DNA of 64,000 nt from positions 9,858,001 to 9,922,000 of the forward strand of contig OX597817.1 in the NCBI GenBank assembly GCA_951406725.2, read 5' to 3'. Of this stretch, positions 43,456 through 55,266 are shown piece after piece (positions within the stretch are counted from its first letter, which is position 1; each line of letters begins with the position of its first letter). The notes under the pieces were generated by a model. That model saw only the letters and a list, made by a program, of their open reading frames with translations, had not been told where the DNA came from and did not search any database. The position numbers were made by a program, and so were the translations under genes. Source of the stretch: Octopus vulgaris (Eukaryota).

Positions 43456-43945
43456 CACTGCTACTGCTTTCGCTGCTACTACAGTTGGTGCTAATGTTGC
43501 TGCTGCTGCTGTTGCTGCTGCTGCTGTTGCTGCTGCTGCTGTTGCAGCTATCGTCAGCACCAGCACCACCAGCACCAGTACCACCAGCACCAGCACCAGC
43601 ACTACCACCATCACCACCACCACCACCACCACATTCATCACTACCACTATTACTAACGCCACCACCTTCATCACTACCACTATTACTACCACCACCGCCA
43701 TCACCACCACTACAACAACCATCACTACCACCACCACCACCACCATCACCATCACCACCTTCATCACTACCACTATTACTACCACCACAACAACCACCAC
43801 CACCACCACCATCACCACCACAACCACAACCACCACCATCACCATCACCACCTTCATTACTCCCACTATTACTACCGCCACCGCCACCTCCGCCACCACC
43901 ACCACCACCACCACCACCACCACCACCACCACCACCACCATTACT
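42990..43945. repeat. Compound triplet repeat block (ACT/GCT/GAT/CAC)
   Basis: Direct inspection; explains long low-complexity ORFs on both strands. Confidence 0.95.
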
Positions 43946-44532
43946 GTTAGATCTCTCGCAGCAGGTGCCACCGACACCATTACTGCAGCTCTTGGTGTGC
44001 TGCACTGTTGCTGCTTTTCCGTCTGATTTCTCAACTGACGAGGAAACGTTGGCGTTGATGTGACATGTAGGAAATTATTTCACTGCAGTTTTAATTACTG
44101 TCTTATTCCCTTGGTAACCATTTCTCCCACTCAAAACCCTTACCTTCTTTGATTCTTCCGTGTCCTCCTTTCTTTTATCCTCCACACTTGTTGGCAAATA
44201 TATATATATGTGTGTGTGTGTGTATTTAAATATATATACATTTGTGTGCGTATTAGTTTTATATGTATGTGTATATATATGTATGTATACACACATATAT
44301 TGGAAAGGATAGTTACAGTCTAGAAAGGATACGAAATGAAGCTATATGTTATATAGGGCACTAGCGTAGGCTCGAAACACTGAACACTTCTTCCAATTCT
44401 CCCGAGCGTCAATCTAATACTGCCTGTTTGTTTTTTTTTTACCTCCTCTTTGTTTCTTTAGCCATGTATGTATATATATATATATATATACTTTCCAAGA
44501 TCATATATGCATATATATATATATTATATTAT

Positions 44533-44594
44533 GTTTCATTTGCTTGTTTCAGTCAAGTGACTTTGGCCATGCTGGAGCGCACCACCTTTAGTCG

Positions 44595-44648
<54 letters not shown>

Positions 44649-44757
44649 ACGAGCTTCTTTCAGTTTCTGTCTGCCAAATGCACTCACGCAGTGGGACTGA
44701 ACCCGGAGCCATGTGGTTGAAAAGCAAGCTTCTTATCACACAGCCACTTCTGCACCT
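44533..44757 (-). mobile_element. SINE family A, internally deleted
   Basis: Tail and head blocks present; two internal segments missing. Confidence 0.75.
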
Positions 44758-45374
44758 ACATGCACACACACATACGCGCATACACATATATACATATGTG
44801 TATATATGTAACTATATATGTACATATATTTATGCGTTTGTGTGTGTGTGTATGCATGTATATGTATATACATATGAATATACATGAGGTCGATGCTGTT
44901 ATGAAGATATTCAGCATCTACAGCCGGTTAGGATATTCAGAAGGCTGCCCATCGGACCCTATGTTAGAGTGAAGTATTTGTGAGTAATTATGACCTGAGA
45001 CAGGCATGGATTCACAAGGTGAGGAGAATTGTACGAAAGGTGTGAGCTTACGTGTATTCAGAGCTTCCTAAATATTTTGAAAACCAGCCAGTTGCTTTTG
45101 TTGTTTTTTCTCGGTCTGTTGTGGAAAGATAGCGAGTGTAGCTGACCTTTCCATGATACATGAGTAATACTCTCGTGCGGAGTGCAATTGTGTCTGGAGT
45201 GAGCTCATTAGCCTTTAAGACCTGAAGTAGATTTTCATTATAAAAAAAAAGTTAGCCCTTGAGATGCAGCATTAGCGATATTACTGATATATAGTCAGTA
45301 CGACAGGTTATAAAAAAACTGGGAGTTTATAAGGAATTCATTTTTTTTCGTAATTTTAGAGTTATTCATTAATG

Positions 45375-45575
45375 CAGTGATTTTCAAACTTTTTGCGGGA
45401 GCGGAACCCCAAGGAAACATTCCACTGGCTCGAGGAACCCCTGTGCAATAATTTAACAGTCTTATGCACACATATCTGCACAGGAGAATTAACAATTACT
45501 GCCGATTTTAGCAGTTTTGTAACTTCTTGCGGAACCCCTGCACTGTACTGGCGGAACCCTGGTTGAAAACCACTG
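45375..45575. mobile_element. hAT (Buster/Charlie-type) MITE
   Basis: TIRs cagtgattttcaaac / ggttgaaaaccactg; perfect 8-bp TSD cattaatg (45367-74, 45576-83). Confidence 0.9.
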
Positions 45576-45662
45576 CATTAATGTTAGTTACTTTGATATG
45601 TGGATCGACTATGTTCTTGAACGAAAGTTGGTTGTCACGTTACTCATTAAAAGTATCTAGAG

Positions 45663-45989
45663 CAGAGGTCCTCAAACTTTTAGGGTCACCGCCTCACACA
45701 TGGCCACATAATACCCCTAGCGCTCCCATCCCTATTTTTTTGGGTAAATAAATATTTTATATTTTACTAATTTACATATACCATGAATCATTTGATATTT
45801 AATATAAGATATAATTTATATACTATAATATAATAATATAATAAATTCATAGCGTCCCCCAATCCCCTGCCTTCCTCCGAATGCCTCCTTTTTGTCTACC
45901 CCCACACACCACTCCCTTAGACATCAGCGCTCTCCTGGAATCTCTCAACGCCCACCCGGGGGCAGTAGCGCCCACTTTAAGAACTTATG
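45663..45989. mobile_element. Older hAT-type MITE, second family
   Basis: Degenerate TIRs cagaggtcctcaaac / ctttaagaacttatg; TSD atctagag/atatagat (6/8). Confidence 0.5.
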
Positions 45990-46039
45990 ATATAGATATT
46001 CTTTGTTTATTCAGCCAAAGAATGAGTAAGAGCAAGAAT

Positions 46040-47650
46040 CACAGTGTCATCGTTGCCAACAATGTTCTTTGTGAATCTTAGGTCAGTCTGATGACCTATG
46101 TCAATACTTGTAGGGAAAATGTTGATAGAAGGAAATTCTATAAAAGTTCTGAATAAGAGTGAAGAGAAAGTGCCAAGTAAAAGACCGGGATGAGATACAG
46201 AAGAATTGATGAGAGCGTAAATGGTAAGTTACTTGGGTTTGGTGAAATTTAGTAGTAATGACACAAAAGTAGAGGCGCAACGGCCAGAGAGAAGTAACAC
46301 TACGAGTGTGAGACTTATGTAATTTGTTTGCGAATGAATATATACCAGCCAGATGATACTGATTGGCAGTAGAGACTTGAGTTTTTGGCATATTGTAGTA
46401 TATAGCAGTAGAGCTGTTTTTAGATATTTAAGCGTGGTTCCAATGTGGGTCATAACTAATCAGACCTGAAATTTGTTCATGCATGAAAGATATATCCTAG
46501 CTTTTGAGATGACGTTTTCACAATGTTATAAACATTGGAAAGCACCAGGGTAATAAGGAAAGTTTTTAATTAGTGGTAACATCGAATGAACCATTAATGC
46601 AAAAATAGATGCATGTAAGAAACTGCACTGGCTACAGTGGTGCGCATCTGCTGGGGAATTGGTCTGGTTGAGAAGAAACGATGCAAAATAAACGAAAGCG
46701 AAAGTAAAACTGGGAGACAGGAGAGAAAGGAGAAGGCTGAGCACATATGCGGAGGCTTTTATACCAGACTTAGGTTAAGATTTTACAAGTAATATCAAAT
46801 GAAACATCAAAGTTTTCGAGGAGGAAGAATTATTAATTTCTAATTCCCATAGAAGAGCTAACTTTGGAAGAGAGCTAACTTTATAGAAAACATATTGTGA
46901 TCTTTGAGAACAGAAGCAGATAATATATAAAAAAAAAACTGCTTCCATCGCCAATTTTCATTCATTAGTCTTGTGAAACTCAGAAGCATCTGATGACGTA
47001 GGATTCCATAGATTAGCATCGATTCATGTAATGAGAGAAAGATTGAAGAAAGATTGAAGAATCTGAGAGTATACTGTTAAAGGTTAAGAGAAGAAACAAT
47101 GTCATGGAAGATTTTCGTTTTGGGTTGGTGTGATCGAAGTCATTCTTGATAATATAGTGGGAGTAGTAGAAAGACAAAGTGTCTACAAAAAGATGCAGCC
47201 GTTGAGTAAAGCGTGGATTGATGATAAAAAAGGTATCTGATGATCTTAGGTCAGGAATGTCTTACAGAGACTTCTCGATTGAAGTTTGGAAGCGAGAAGA
47301 ATATGTTATATTAGAAAAGGTCACTATAAGCGAAGGGTCATTAAAAGCGAAGGGTAGTATAATAAAATACGTAGAAGTATATATTTAATTACATCTTACT
47401 TTAAGTCGTTCATATAAAGAATAATATGGTAGTAAAACAGAACTGCGAAGTACACAGATTAGTCAGAGATGGCCTCATCGAATAATGGAGTAGTCAGATA
47501 GGAAACCTCTAACCCGTGAGATGGAAGACGTAGAGAGCAAAGGGCGGGGAATTTCACATCAGAATTGGTTGATGAAAGATCAGTTGTATATAGTGCGGAA
47601 AAGCTCTGAAGAAATCATACAATTATTCTGCGAGGAGGGAAGAAACTCAT
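46040..47650 (-). mobile_element. Highly decayed Jockey/CR1-group LINE ORF2 remnant
   Basis: Minus-strand remnants LYDFFRAFP and DVSFDITCKILT*VWYKSL (cf. ALDISKAFDRVWHKAL); many stops and frameshifts. Confidence 0.5.
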
Positions 47651-47690
47651 ACTTGAATGTGCGTATGTATAAATGATGAAAATATCAATA

Positions 47691-47741
<51 letters not shown>

Positions 47742-47742
<1 letters not shown>

Positions 47743-47923
47743 TTTTACCTACTTTTACTTGTTTCAGTCATTTGACTGCGGCCATGCTGGAGCACCACCT
47801 TTAGTCGAGGCAATAACCCCAGGACTTATTCTTTGTAAGCCTAGTACTTACTCTATCGGTCACCTTGCCGAACCGCTAAATTACGGGGACGTAAATACAC
47901 CAGCACACAAACATATACATACA

Positions 47924-47977
<54 letters not shown>

Positions 47978-48150
47978 TATACATATATACGACGGGCTTC
48001 TTTCAGTTTCCGTCTACCAAATCCACTCACAAGGCTTTGGTCGGCCCGAGGCTATAGTAGAAGACACTTGCCCAAGGTGCCACGCAGTGGGACTGAACCC
48101 GAAACCATGTCGTTCGCAAGCAAGCTACTTACCACACAGCCACTCCTACG
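47742..48150 (-). mobile_element. SINE family A, near full length (inserted at the edge of LINE remnants)
   Basis: Reverse complement similarity to 7982-8403. Confidence 0.9.
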
Positions 48151-48356
48151 ACGATATATATACATATTCGAAGCGACAAGTCGTGTATTTAGCGTGGCAG
48201 ACTATTTATCGAAAATACGATGAATACTATTTCCAATTTTGGAGCCACAACTAGCAGCCTTGTTAAGTAACTGGTTAATCTGTAGATAAATTAACCGAGG
48301 AGGCCTTTTTTCTTATATTCTCGATCGTAGTGATTTTCGACTGAAACTAGTTTAGC

Positions 48357-48635
48357 ATGCAGAGAGTTATTACAAACAACATGGCTGGACACGACATCAA
48401 CAACACAGACGAGGAACAGAACGAAAACAACAGCTCAACAGGTAAACAAATTATTTCTAGCTGTAGTTATAGAAGAAACCGTAACTACAAAACTCATTTC
48501 TCTTGGAGTTATGAATTGAATAATGATCTATTTAACTGCTACGAAAAAGCGAAACAAAACCCCGCTGCTGGCTATATGAATCGGTTGAAATCATATTGGG
48601 ACGATCTGCATCCAGAATTAAATCATTTTAATGAC
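48357..48635 (+). mobile_element. R4/Dong-like ORF N-terminal fragment
   Basis: FSWSYELNNDLFNCYEKAKQNPAAGYMNRLKSYWDDLHPE resembles the W..E.N..L..CY....P...GY..R....W....P N-terminal domain of R4/Dong ORFs. Confidence 0.65.
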
Positions 48636-48713
48636 TTACACATACATACATACATACATACATACATACATACATACATACATACATACATACATACATA
48701 CATACATACATAG

Positions 48714-48943
48714 ATGGGTTATGTAATACACTGCCTAAATATCAATCTTGAGAAGTTAGGCTTCCCAAAACCAGAAAGGAGAAAGCTAATTCGAAGACTA
48801 CAGAATCAAATCATCAATGGAACTGTAAAAATCTGTAAAACGTTTCAGAAGTTTATCATTTAAATATATATGAGCATGTCTAGATACGCAACTATATGTA
48901 TGAGAATACGAATATAAGACATACAAATCTGTACATACATACA

Positions 48944-48977
<34 letters not shown>

Positions 48978-49230
48978 CATACATTCATGCACACAAACAT
49001 ACATACATACATGCATACATGCACACAAACATACATACATACATACATACATACATACACGCATACATGCACACATACATACATACATACATACATACAT
49101 ACGTACATACATACATACCCTGTTGTTGATGTTGAAATTCCATTGAAGGAGCTTTGGATCTAGCTTAGAAACCGGTTCTCTCTCTACTGGCAAAAAATTC
49201 GAAATTAACTGAATAATGACATACACACAC
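48714..49230 (+). mobile_element. RLE-type LINE C-terminus and 3'UTR with (CATA)n
   Basis: 48714-48863 translates [49 protein letters not shown], comparable to the LG.V...LEK..LQK..LGTARIL end of the element at 1-1022. Confidence 0.6.
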
Positions 49231-49806
49231 ACATATTGATATGCATATATGTATATCGTATATTCCCTCAATCATTTACACGCACCTATACACTGTTGTT
49301 TCATCTTGAGCTGAAATTTTTCAAGCAATTTATTTAGTAGTGCTACGCATATTATTTTCTAGTATGAGATTTTATCCTCGTCTTACTACTTCTTGTTCAT
49401 CATAACAATATTTTGCCAGACATATATAGAATTTTGTTCTGCTAGTATATTAAATCGAGATAGTTTTGTTTACTTCTTAAATCATGATTGAAGGTGTAAC
49501 AGCACTATAGAGATAATATCGTAGATTTTCCTATAATCTGATTCTTCAATCTTTTTCTACGAGATCTGGGTTATAGAGTAATGTGTCTCTAAAACCAATG
49601 CTATTGCAATTTATTAAAAAGCAACATTTAATAGACCTTAGTAGTGATTTGGTTTCAATAAGCGGATTATGCCAAAACGCTTACCAAAACATTCACAGAA
49701 TGTTGTCTTGTTTGTGGTTGATATCTTGCCAATTTTACTTCTCCGAAATAGTGTACAGAAACCATTTTTTTAAAAATATTATAGTCACTAACACACACAC
49801 ATTATA

Positions 49807-49857
<51 letters not shown>

Positions 49858-50317
49858 TGTATGAATGTATACGTGTGTGCGCGCATGGATGTATATATGA
49901 ATGAATGAATAATATATACATATATATATAACCGGCGCAAGTTATGTTTAAGATAAATGCTTTCTCTCTTATCGCTCGTTTGTGTTCTTATTTTCCTTAT
50001 TTTTGAATGTGGTCCAAGTTGTTTAATAGATAATTCAAGCTATAATGAACTGATTAAATCATTGAGTCTACAATTTTCGGATGTTAAGAGAAAATCCCTC
50101 TTTATATTCCGTAAATGTTTCAAATAAACTATTATGAAAATATTGTCATCAATACACAACCATGTTTACCCATGCGATTAATTCACTATGAAGCCGTTGA
50201 AAGATTTTGCTATATTTACATCATTAAAATCAGCGAAATATTTCGTATTTCATCTGAGAATTCTTATTTCATTAAATCAAGCCATAAACTCTTCCATTAT
50301 ATATGTAAAAATATCGA

Positions 50318-50645
50318 CTGAGTAGTTTAAGAGTTTGCTTAGCCATCTCGAAGTTTCGGGCTCAATCCTAATGTGTGTCATCTTGAGAAAGTGTTTTCAT
50401 CAATGCACCGGTTCAACTCAAACCTTCTGAGTGAAATTAGATTGACAGAAACTGTCTGGACTGTTCATGCAATTGACAGGTATAACGGTCTCACACAGTA
50501 TGTCAAGCTGATTTTCACTGAAGATTGGTATGAATTTGTGGTACTGGTGTCAGTGAAATATTCAGCCACTTACGCGCAAATTCAATGATCAGGTTATTTA
50601 ATTGATCAAACAACTCTACTCTCATCACCAAAACCAACGGAATTC
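50318..50645 (+). mobile_element. Old SINE: family A-like head with family C type 2-like tail
   Basis: Head tttgcttagcca..tcgggctcaatcc..catcttgagaaagtgtttt; tail ctcacacagtatgtcaagctg..attcagccacttacgcgcaaattc similar to 34510-34665. Confidence 0.55.
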
Positions 50646-51149
50646 TTCGAGAGTGTGGCCGGATCATATTGCATTCCGTGGTTAAGTTGCTAGGTGTTGT
50701 ATTTGTGAGTTTGCTTCAGTAACAACCGTTCCATCCGAACGTATTCCATATGCTGCAAATCATCATTTTGTCATATAGTTATAGGAATTTATATGGATAT
50801 ATTTTATGTGAGATTAATGCTCTGTCCATCGGAAAACTTTGGTTTTATTTCAACAGTGTTAGAAACTGTGTATGAAGACTACATTCTCGTCTGGTAATAA
50901 GTAATATATACAATGGCCATGGAATTTGTATGAAAATCGATATTTCAACAAGTAAAGCCACTAAAGTCAGTTCTGTTTTTATGTCTTAACAGAATTTTAA
51001 CTGAGTTTTTGCGACAGTCGTTACCATATTTATACCATCATTTCAATTTTCGTAATTTATAAGATACAATTGTCCCCTACGGAGATGTTAGTACTAAATT
51101 TTCTTGAACTAGATATAAAAACTTGAGATTTATGCATGATGAAATGGAA

Positions 51150-51555
51150 GAATATAATTGACTAAACCGACTCTTGTACTTGACAGGAAATAATTTTACC
51201 GATTAAGGAGTGGAAAGTGAATTCAAGAAAGGCGAGATTCGAATTCGAAACGTGAAGGTATTTTGTCTGTCGCTGTACCGATTCTCTTAATTCGCCCGAC
51301 AATAGACAAAAGGCCAACAATTTTTATGGAAGGTGGATAATCGATACCATCGATTCCAGTACTTACACTTGTACTTGATTTTATCGGCTCCAAATGTTTA
51401 TAAGGCTACATCGCCTCGGGTACAATTTGAAGACGACTCTGCCACCTCAACTCCTTACCTAACGTCATTAACAACGACTTCTGTTATATACATACGATAA
51501 TGAATTTAGGAGCATTTTGCCCGGCGTGCTAACGATTCTGCCAGTTTGCCACCTT
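51150..51555 (-). mobile_element. Stacked diverged SINE family B fragments
   Basis: gcattttgcccggcgtgctaacgattctgccag (head at ~51510-51553) plus two degenerate bodies. Confidence 0.6.
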
Positions 51556-51589
<34 letters not shown>

Positions 51590-51624
51590 TAATTATAACA
51601 ACAACAACAATAATAATAATAAAG

Positions 51625-51865
51625 ATGGATTCTCCTGTTGAAGACGACGTATGAGCGTTCAGTTTTTGCCGAACAACCAACTGTGCATCAGCTCACCTTT
51701 TCCGTGAAATCGACGTTACCCGAACAGGTGCACTGTGTACCAGACGTCAGGTGTCAAAGTGATCGCAGAGTAACGTGAGATGAAGTGTTTTTTTCTCAAG
51801 AACAGAACGCACCACCAGGTCTAGGAATTGAAACCACGATCCTATGAACGTGAGTAAGCAAACAC
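51625..51865 (-). mobile_element. SINE with family D-like head and a third tail type
   Basis: gagtaacgtgagatgaagtgttttttctcaagaacagaacgcacc..aggaattgaaaccacgatc matches D heads; left part unlike the other tails. Confidence 0.6.
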
Positions 51866-51875
51866 ATAGACATAT

Positions 51876-52090
51876 AGTTGAAGGAGATTGGTATAGAATG
51901 TCCTGTAGAGCTTCTACAGAAAGTTTGCCTCTCGGGGACACGAAAGATTATCAGGATGATCTTAAGCACTTGAAAGACTATTGGAAGATTGTGGATACCT
52001 AAGGTTACAAGTAGTAACACGCTTCCAACATAGAATCTACCAGGAATAAGTACGAACCTGAGTCAAATCACTAATAATAATAATAATAAC

Positions 52091-52150
<60 letters not shown>
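51876..52150 (+). mobile_element. R4/Dong-like 3' end with (TAA)n tail
   Basis: LKEIGIECPVELLQKVCLSGTRKIIRMILST*; UTR motif acctaaggttacaagtagtaac similar to 917-940; (aat)n 52073-52150. Confidence 0.7.
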
Positions 52151-52151
<1 letters not shown>

Positions 52152-53031
52152 GCCCTGATGCAGTACCAGGCAGTGGCTCTCATGGCTTCTGATCTTAACT
52201 GATTGGAAGTGTTATCATGTACATTGTTTTGTCTTGGTATAAAAGATGGGCTACAGCAAATATTCTGCTCAATAGCACAGATTTGCTTGTCAGTTGTTTG
52301 ACCGTAACCAGTTGAGCATGTTCCTTAGTGGCTGACGATATGTGCATCTCTGACCACGAGCAGAAGTTGTAGGGGAGCATCATGGCCATGTGTTGAGAGG
52401 GATTCTTTCGGGTTTGAATAATTCACCTCTGGAAACATGGGTGTTTCGTTCAACATCCTTAAACAATCCTTATTCAGGGACCTTTTGAGCGGAATTATAA
52501 TAATTTACATATCAAACAATTCTCTTTAAGTAAAACGCAATATAACGTCTCAATCACAGTTGCCTTATTCTACAATATGTTACCAATCACTTTAGAATCA
52601 ATATTTATCAAACAACTCTACACCAGAAATTAATGGGCAGCTCTTTATGTCGACGTATAGGATTACTCACACATTTGGATTACAAAAAAAAAACAAAAAC
52701 AAAATCAAACAAACAAAAAACCCTGCAGGATGTAATTTTGCAAGGAAAGGAAAATACAATGTAATGCATCAGATGTATGGCTGATAAAACATTGACATCG
52801 GCCAGAACAGGCACATGCAAATATATTTTTTTTAAATCAATCAAATTAAAGTTACATCATTTCGCATCTATACATGCCTTAATATATAATAGATAACATA
52901 TATATATATATATATGTGTGTGTGTGAATATATATATATATGTGGGGGGTGCATAAAGAGAAAGAGATACGCACACACGCACACACGCACACACATATAC
53001 ATATACATACACGCGCGCACAGACATGCATG

Positions 53032-53108
<77 letters not shown>

Positions 53109-54030
53109 GGTACAACTTCTATCTGCTGATCATCATTTATATGTCCGCTGCGCCCCGTAAGTCTGTTTCAGAAGGGAACTTTTGATGATTAACAACTTTC
53201 ATCTGCCAATATCCATATTCTCGAATCTGAAATATTACTTATTACTTGTCATTCTCTGTCAGTTTATGTCTTGCGGAATACCGATATAGGCCAGTTTCGT
53301 CACTTGGGATAGATTAGAAGAAAGCAAATAGCTGTGGTTTCTAATACAAAAGCAGACTGTTTAAAAATTGAGCAGTTTCTTTAAGCTCATAGCATGTCAC
53401 ATTAAACATTTAGCTATGAGTTTAACTGTGAAATGTTGGTTGAATGAGAATGTTAATCAGATTGAAGTAGCTATATTATTTCAGTAATCAATTAATTAAA
53501 AATCTATTCTGACATATCAAAATACTCGCAGAAAAAATGAGGGCAAAACCCTAATTGTTCACACTGGCATAAATACTCACATTTTTTAAAAGAAGAATAT
53601 AGTGAAATAAATGATTAGGCGTAAATTATCAGAACTTATTTTATCGACACCACTCAAAATGAAAAGTGTAAAATTAAAAATTACCAACGGTAATATAATT
53701 TTCAAAAGTCGAAAACCAAACTACTCTATTCTCATAAATTCTTCATATGTTTCTTCTCTCTTTTATATATGAAATTATATTAAAAGAAACACAAGAAATA
53801 TCAGATAATCTGAGATAATCCCATCTCTAATAGAAAACGTGAATTTTGAGTTGATCTTTCTCGGTGAGTAAAATTCCATAAAAAATTAAAAATGAATCAA
53901 ACAACTTTGTGCTATATCTGATATACATATAACGTGTCCTTCAAGGTTTCCGTTTTCTTTTCATCAAATCCCCTCAACAATTGAGAAGATCTCTTCACAT
54001 GAAAATATGGCCGCCTTGTTAACCTACATA

Positions 54031-54081
<51 letters not shown>

Positions 54082-54087
54082 TATATA

Positions 54088-54252
54088 GGCGCAGGAGTGG
54101 CTGTGTGGTAAGTAGCTTGCTAACCAACCACATGGTTCCGGGTTCAGTCCCACTGCGTGGCATCTTGAGCAAATGTCTTCTACTATAGCCCCGGGCCGAT
54201 CAATGCCCTTGTGAGTGGATTTGGTAGACGGAAACTGAAAGAAGCTTGTCGT
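54088..54252 (+). mobile_element. SINE family A, 5' half (tandem with next copy)
   Basis: 242-bp offset duplicate of the head of 54330-54737. Confidence 0.9.
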
Positions 54253-54277
54253 ATATATGTATATAAATGTGTATGTA

Positions 54278-54329
<52 letters not shown>

Positions 54330-54331
<2 letters not shown>

Positions 54332-54735
54332 CGCAGGAGTGGCTGTGTGGTAAGTAGCTTGCTAACCAACCACATGGTTCCGGGTTCAGTCCCACTGCGT
54401 GGCATCTTGGGCAAGTGTCTTCTGCTATAGCCCCGGGCCGACCAATGCCTTGTGAGTGGATTTGGTAGACGGAAACTGAAAGAAGCCTGTTGTATATATG
54501 TATATATATATATGAGTGCGTGTGTATATGTTTGTGTTCTGTTTGTCCCCCTAGCATTGCTTGACAACCGATGCTGGTGTGCTTACGTTCCCGTCACTTA
54601 GTGGTTCGGCAAAAGAGACCGATAGAATAAGTACTGGGCTTACAAAGAATAAGTCCCGGGGTCGATTTGCTCGACTAAAGGCGGTGCTCCAGCATGGCCG
54701 CAGTCAAATGACTGAAACAATTAAAAGAGTAAAGA

Positions 54736-54737
<2 letters not shown>
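54330..54737 (+). mobile_element. SINE family A, full length
   Basis: Matches 7982-8403. Confidence 0.9.
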
Positions 54738-54782
<45 letters not shown>

Positions 54783-54910
54783 AGTCACAAAAGTGACAGA
54801 GAGTATTGTCTAGCACCATCTATTACTAGAAACAAGAGTTAAAACAACTTAAAAGTCACAAAGCACTGCACTTAATGACTGACAAAGGGAAGTAAGTCCC
54901 TAGCGTATAT

Positions 54911-54968
54911 AGTCGGATCGAACGATTTCGGATTTTGATGCATCGTATCTTAATCCTCGTCAGCAATT
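54911..54968 (-). ncRNA. Type I hammerhead ribozyme (intact core)
   Basis: Minus strand: aattg CTGACGA ggatt..aatcc GAA atcg tt cgat C cgact; AUC cleavage triplet; stem I has one mismatch and one G-U pair. Confidence 0.75.
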
Positions 54969-55208
54969 CTTAACGCCAAGGGTTAAACTCAAAAACCTCT
55001 GTCAGTCTTATAAGAAAACCGTTGAAAACTAGAACTGATTTCCTAAACGGTAAAAGCGCAAACAACAAGTTAAATGGTTGGCTTATTAGCTATATGAACC
55101 CAAAGGCAAAATTAATAACGGTCACAAAAGTGACAGCGGTTACTGACCAGCACCAGATATTGCTAGAAACAAGAGTTAAAACAAGTCAAATGACACAAAA
55201 GAGTTAAG

Positions 55209-55266
55209 AGTCGCTGATGTGCATTAAGATTCTATGCATCAAAATCCGAAATCCTTCGATCCGACT
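55209..55266 (+). ncRNA. Type I hammerhead ribozyme (core mutated, perfect stem I)
   Basis: agtcg CTGATGT gcatt..aatcc GAA atcc tt cgat C cgact; A9 changed to T, probably inactive. Confidence 0.65.

Noticed and set aside
44030-44060. CTGACGAGGAAAC hammerhead-like string
   Set aside because: No stem II, and stem I overlaps the cleavage triplet; likely chance
43148-44063. Mucin-like or acidic 237-292 aa ORFs
   Set aside because: Open in several frames on both strands because of triplet repeats; no splice or domain support
44330-44460. Repeat tail (cccgagcg..ctaatac) also at ~40925, with upstream cgaaac
   Set aside because: No CUGANGA core visible; family cannot be assigned from two short pieces
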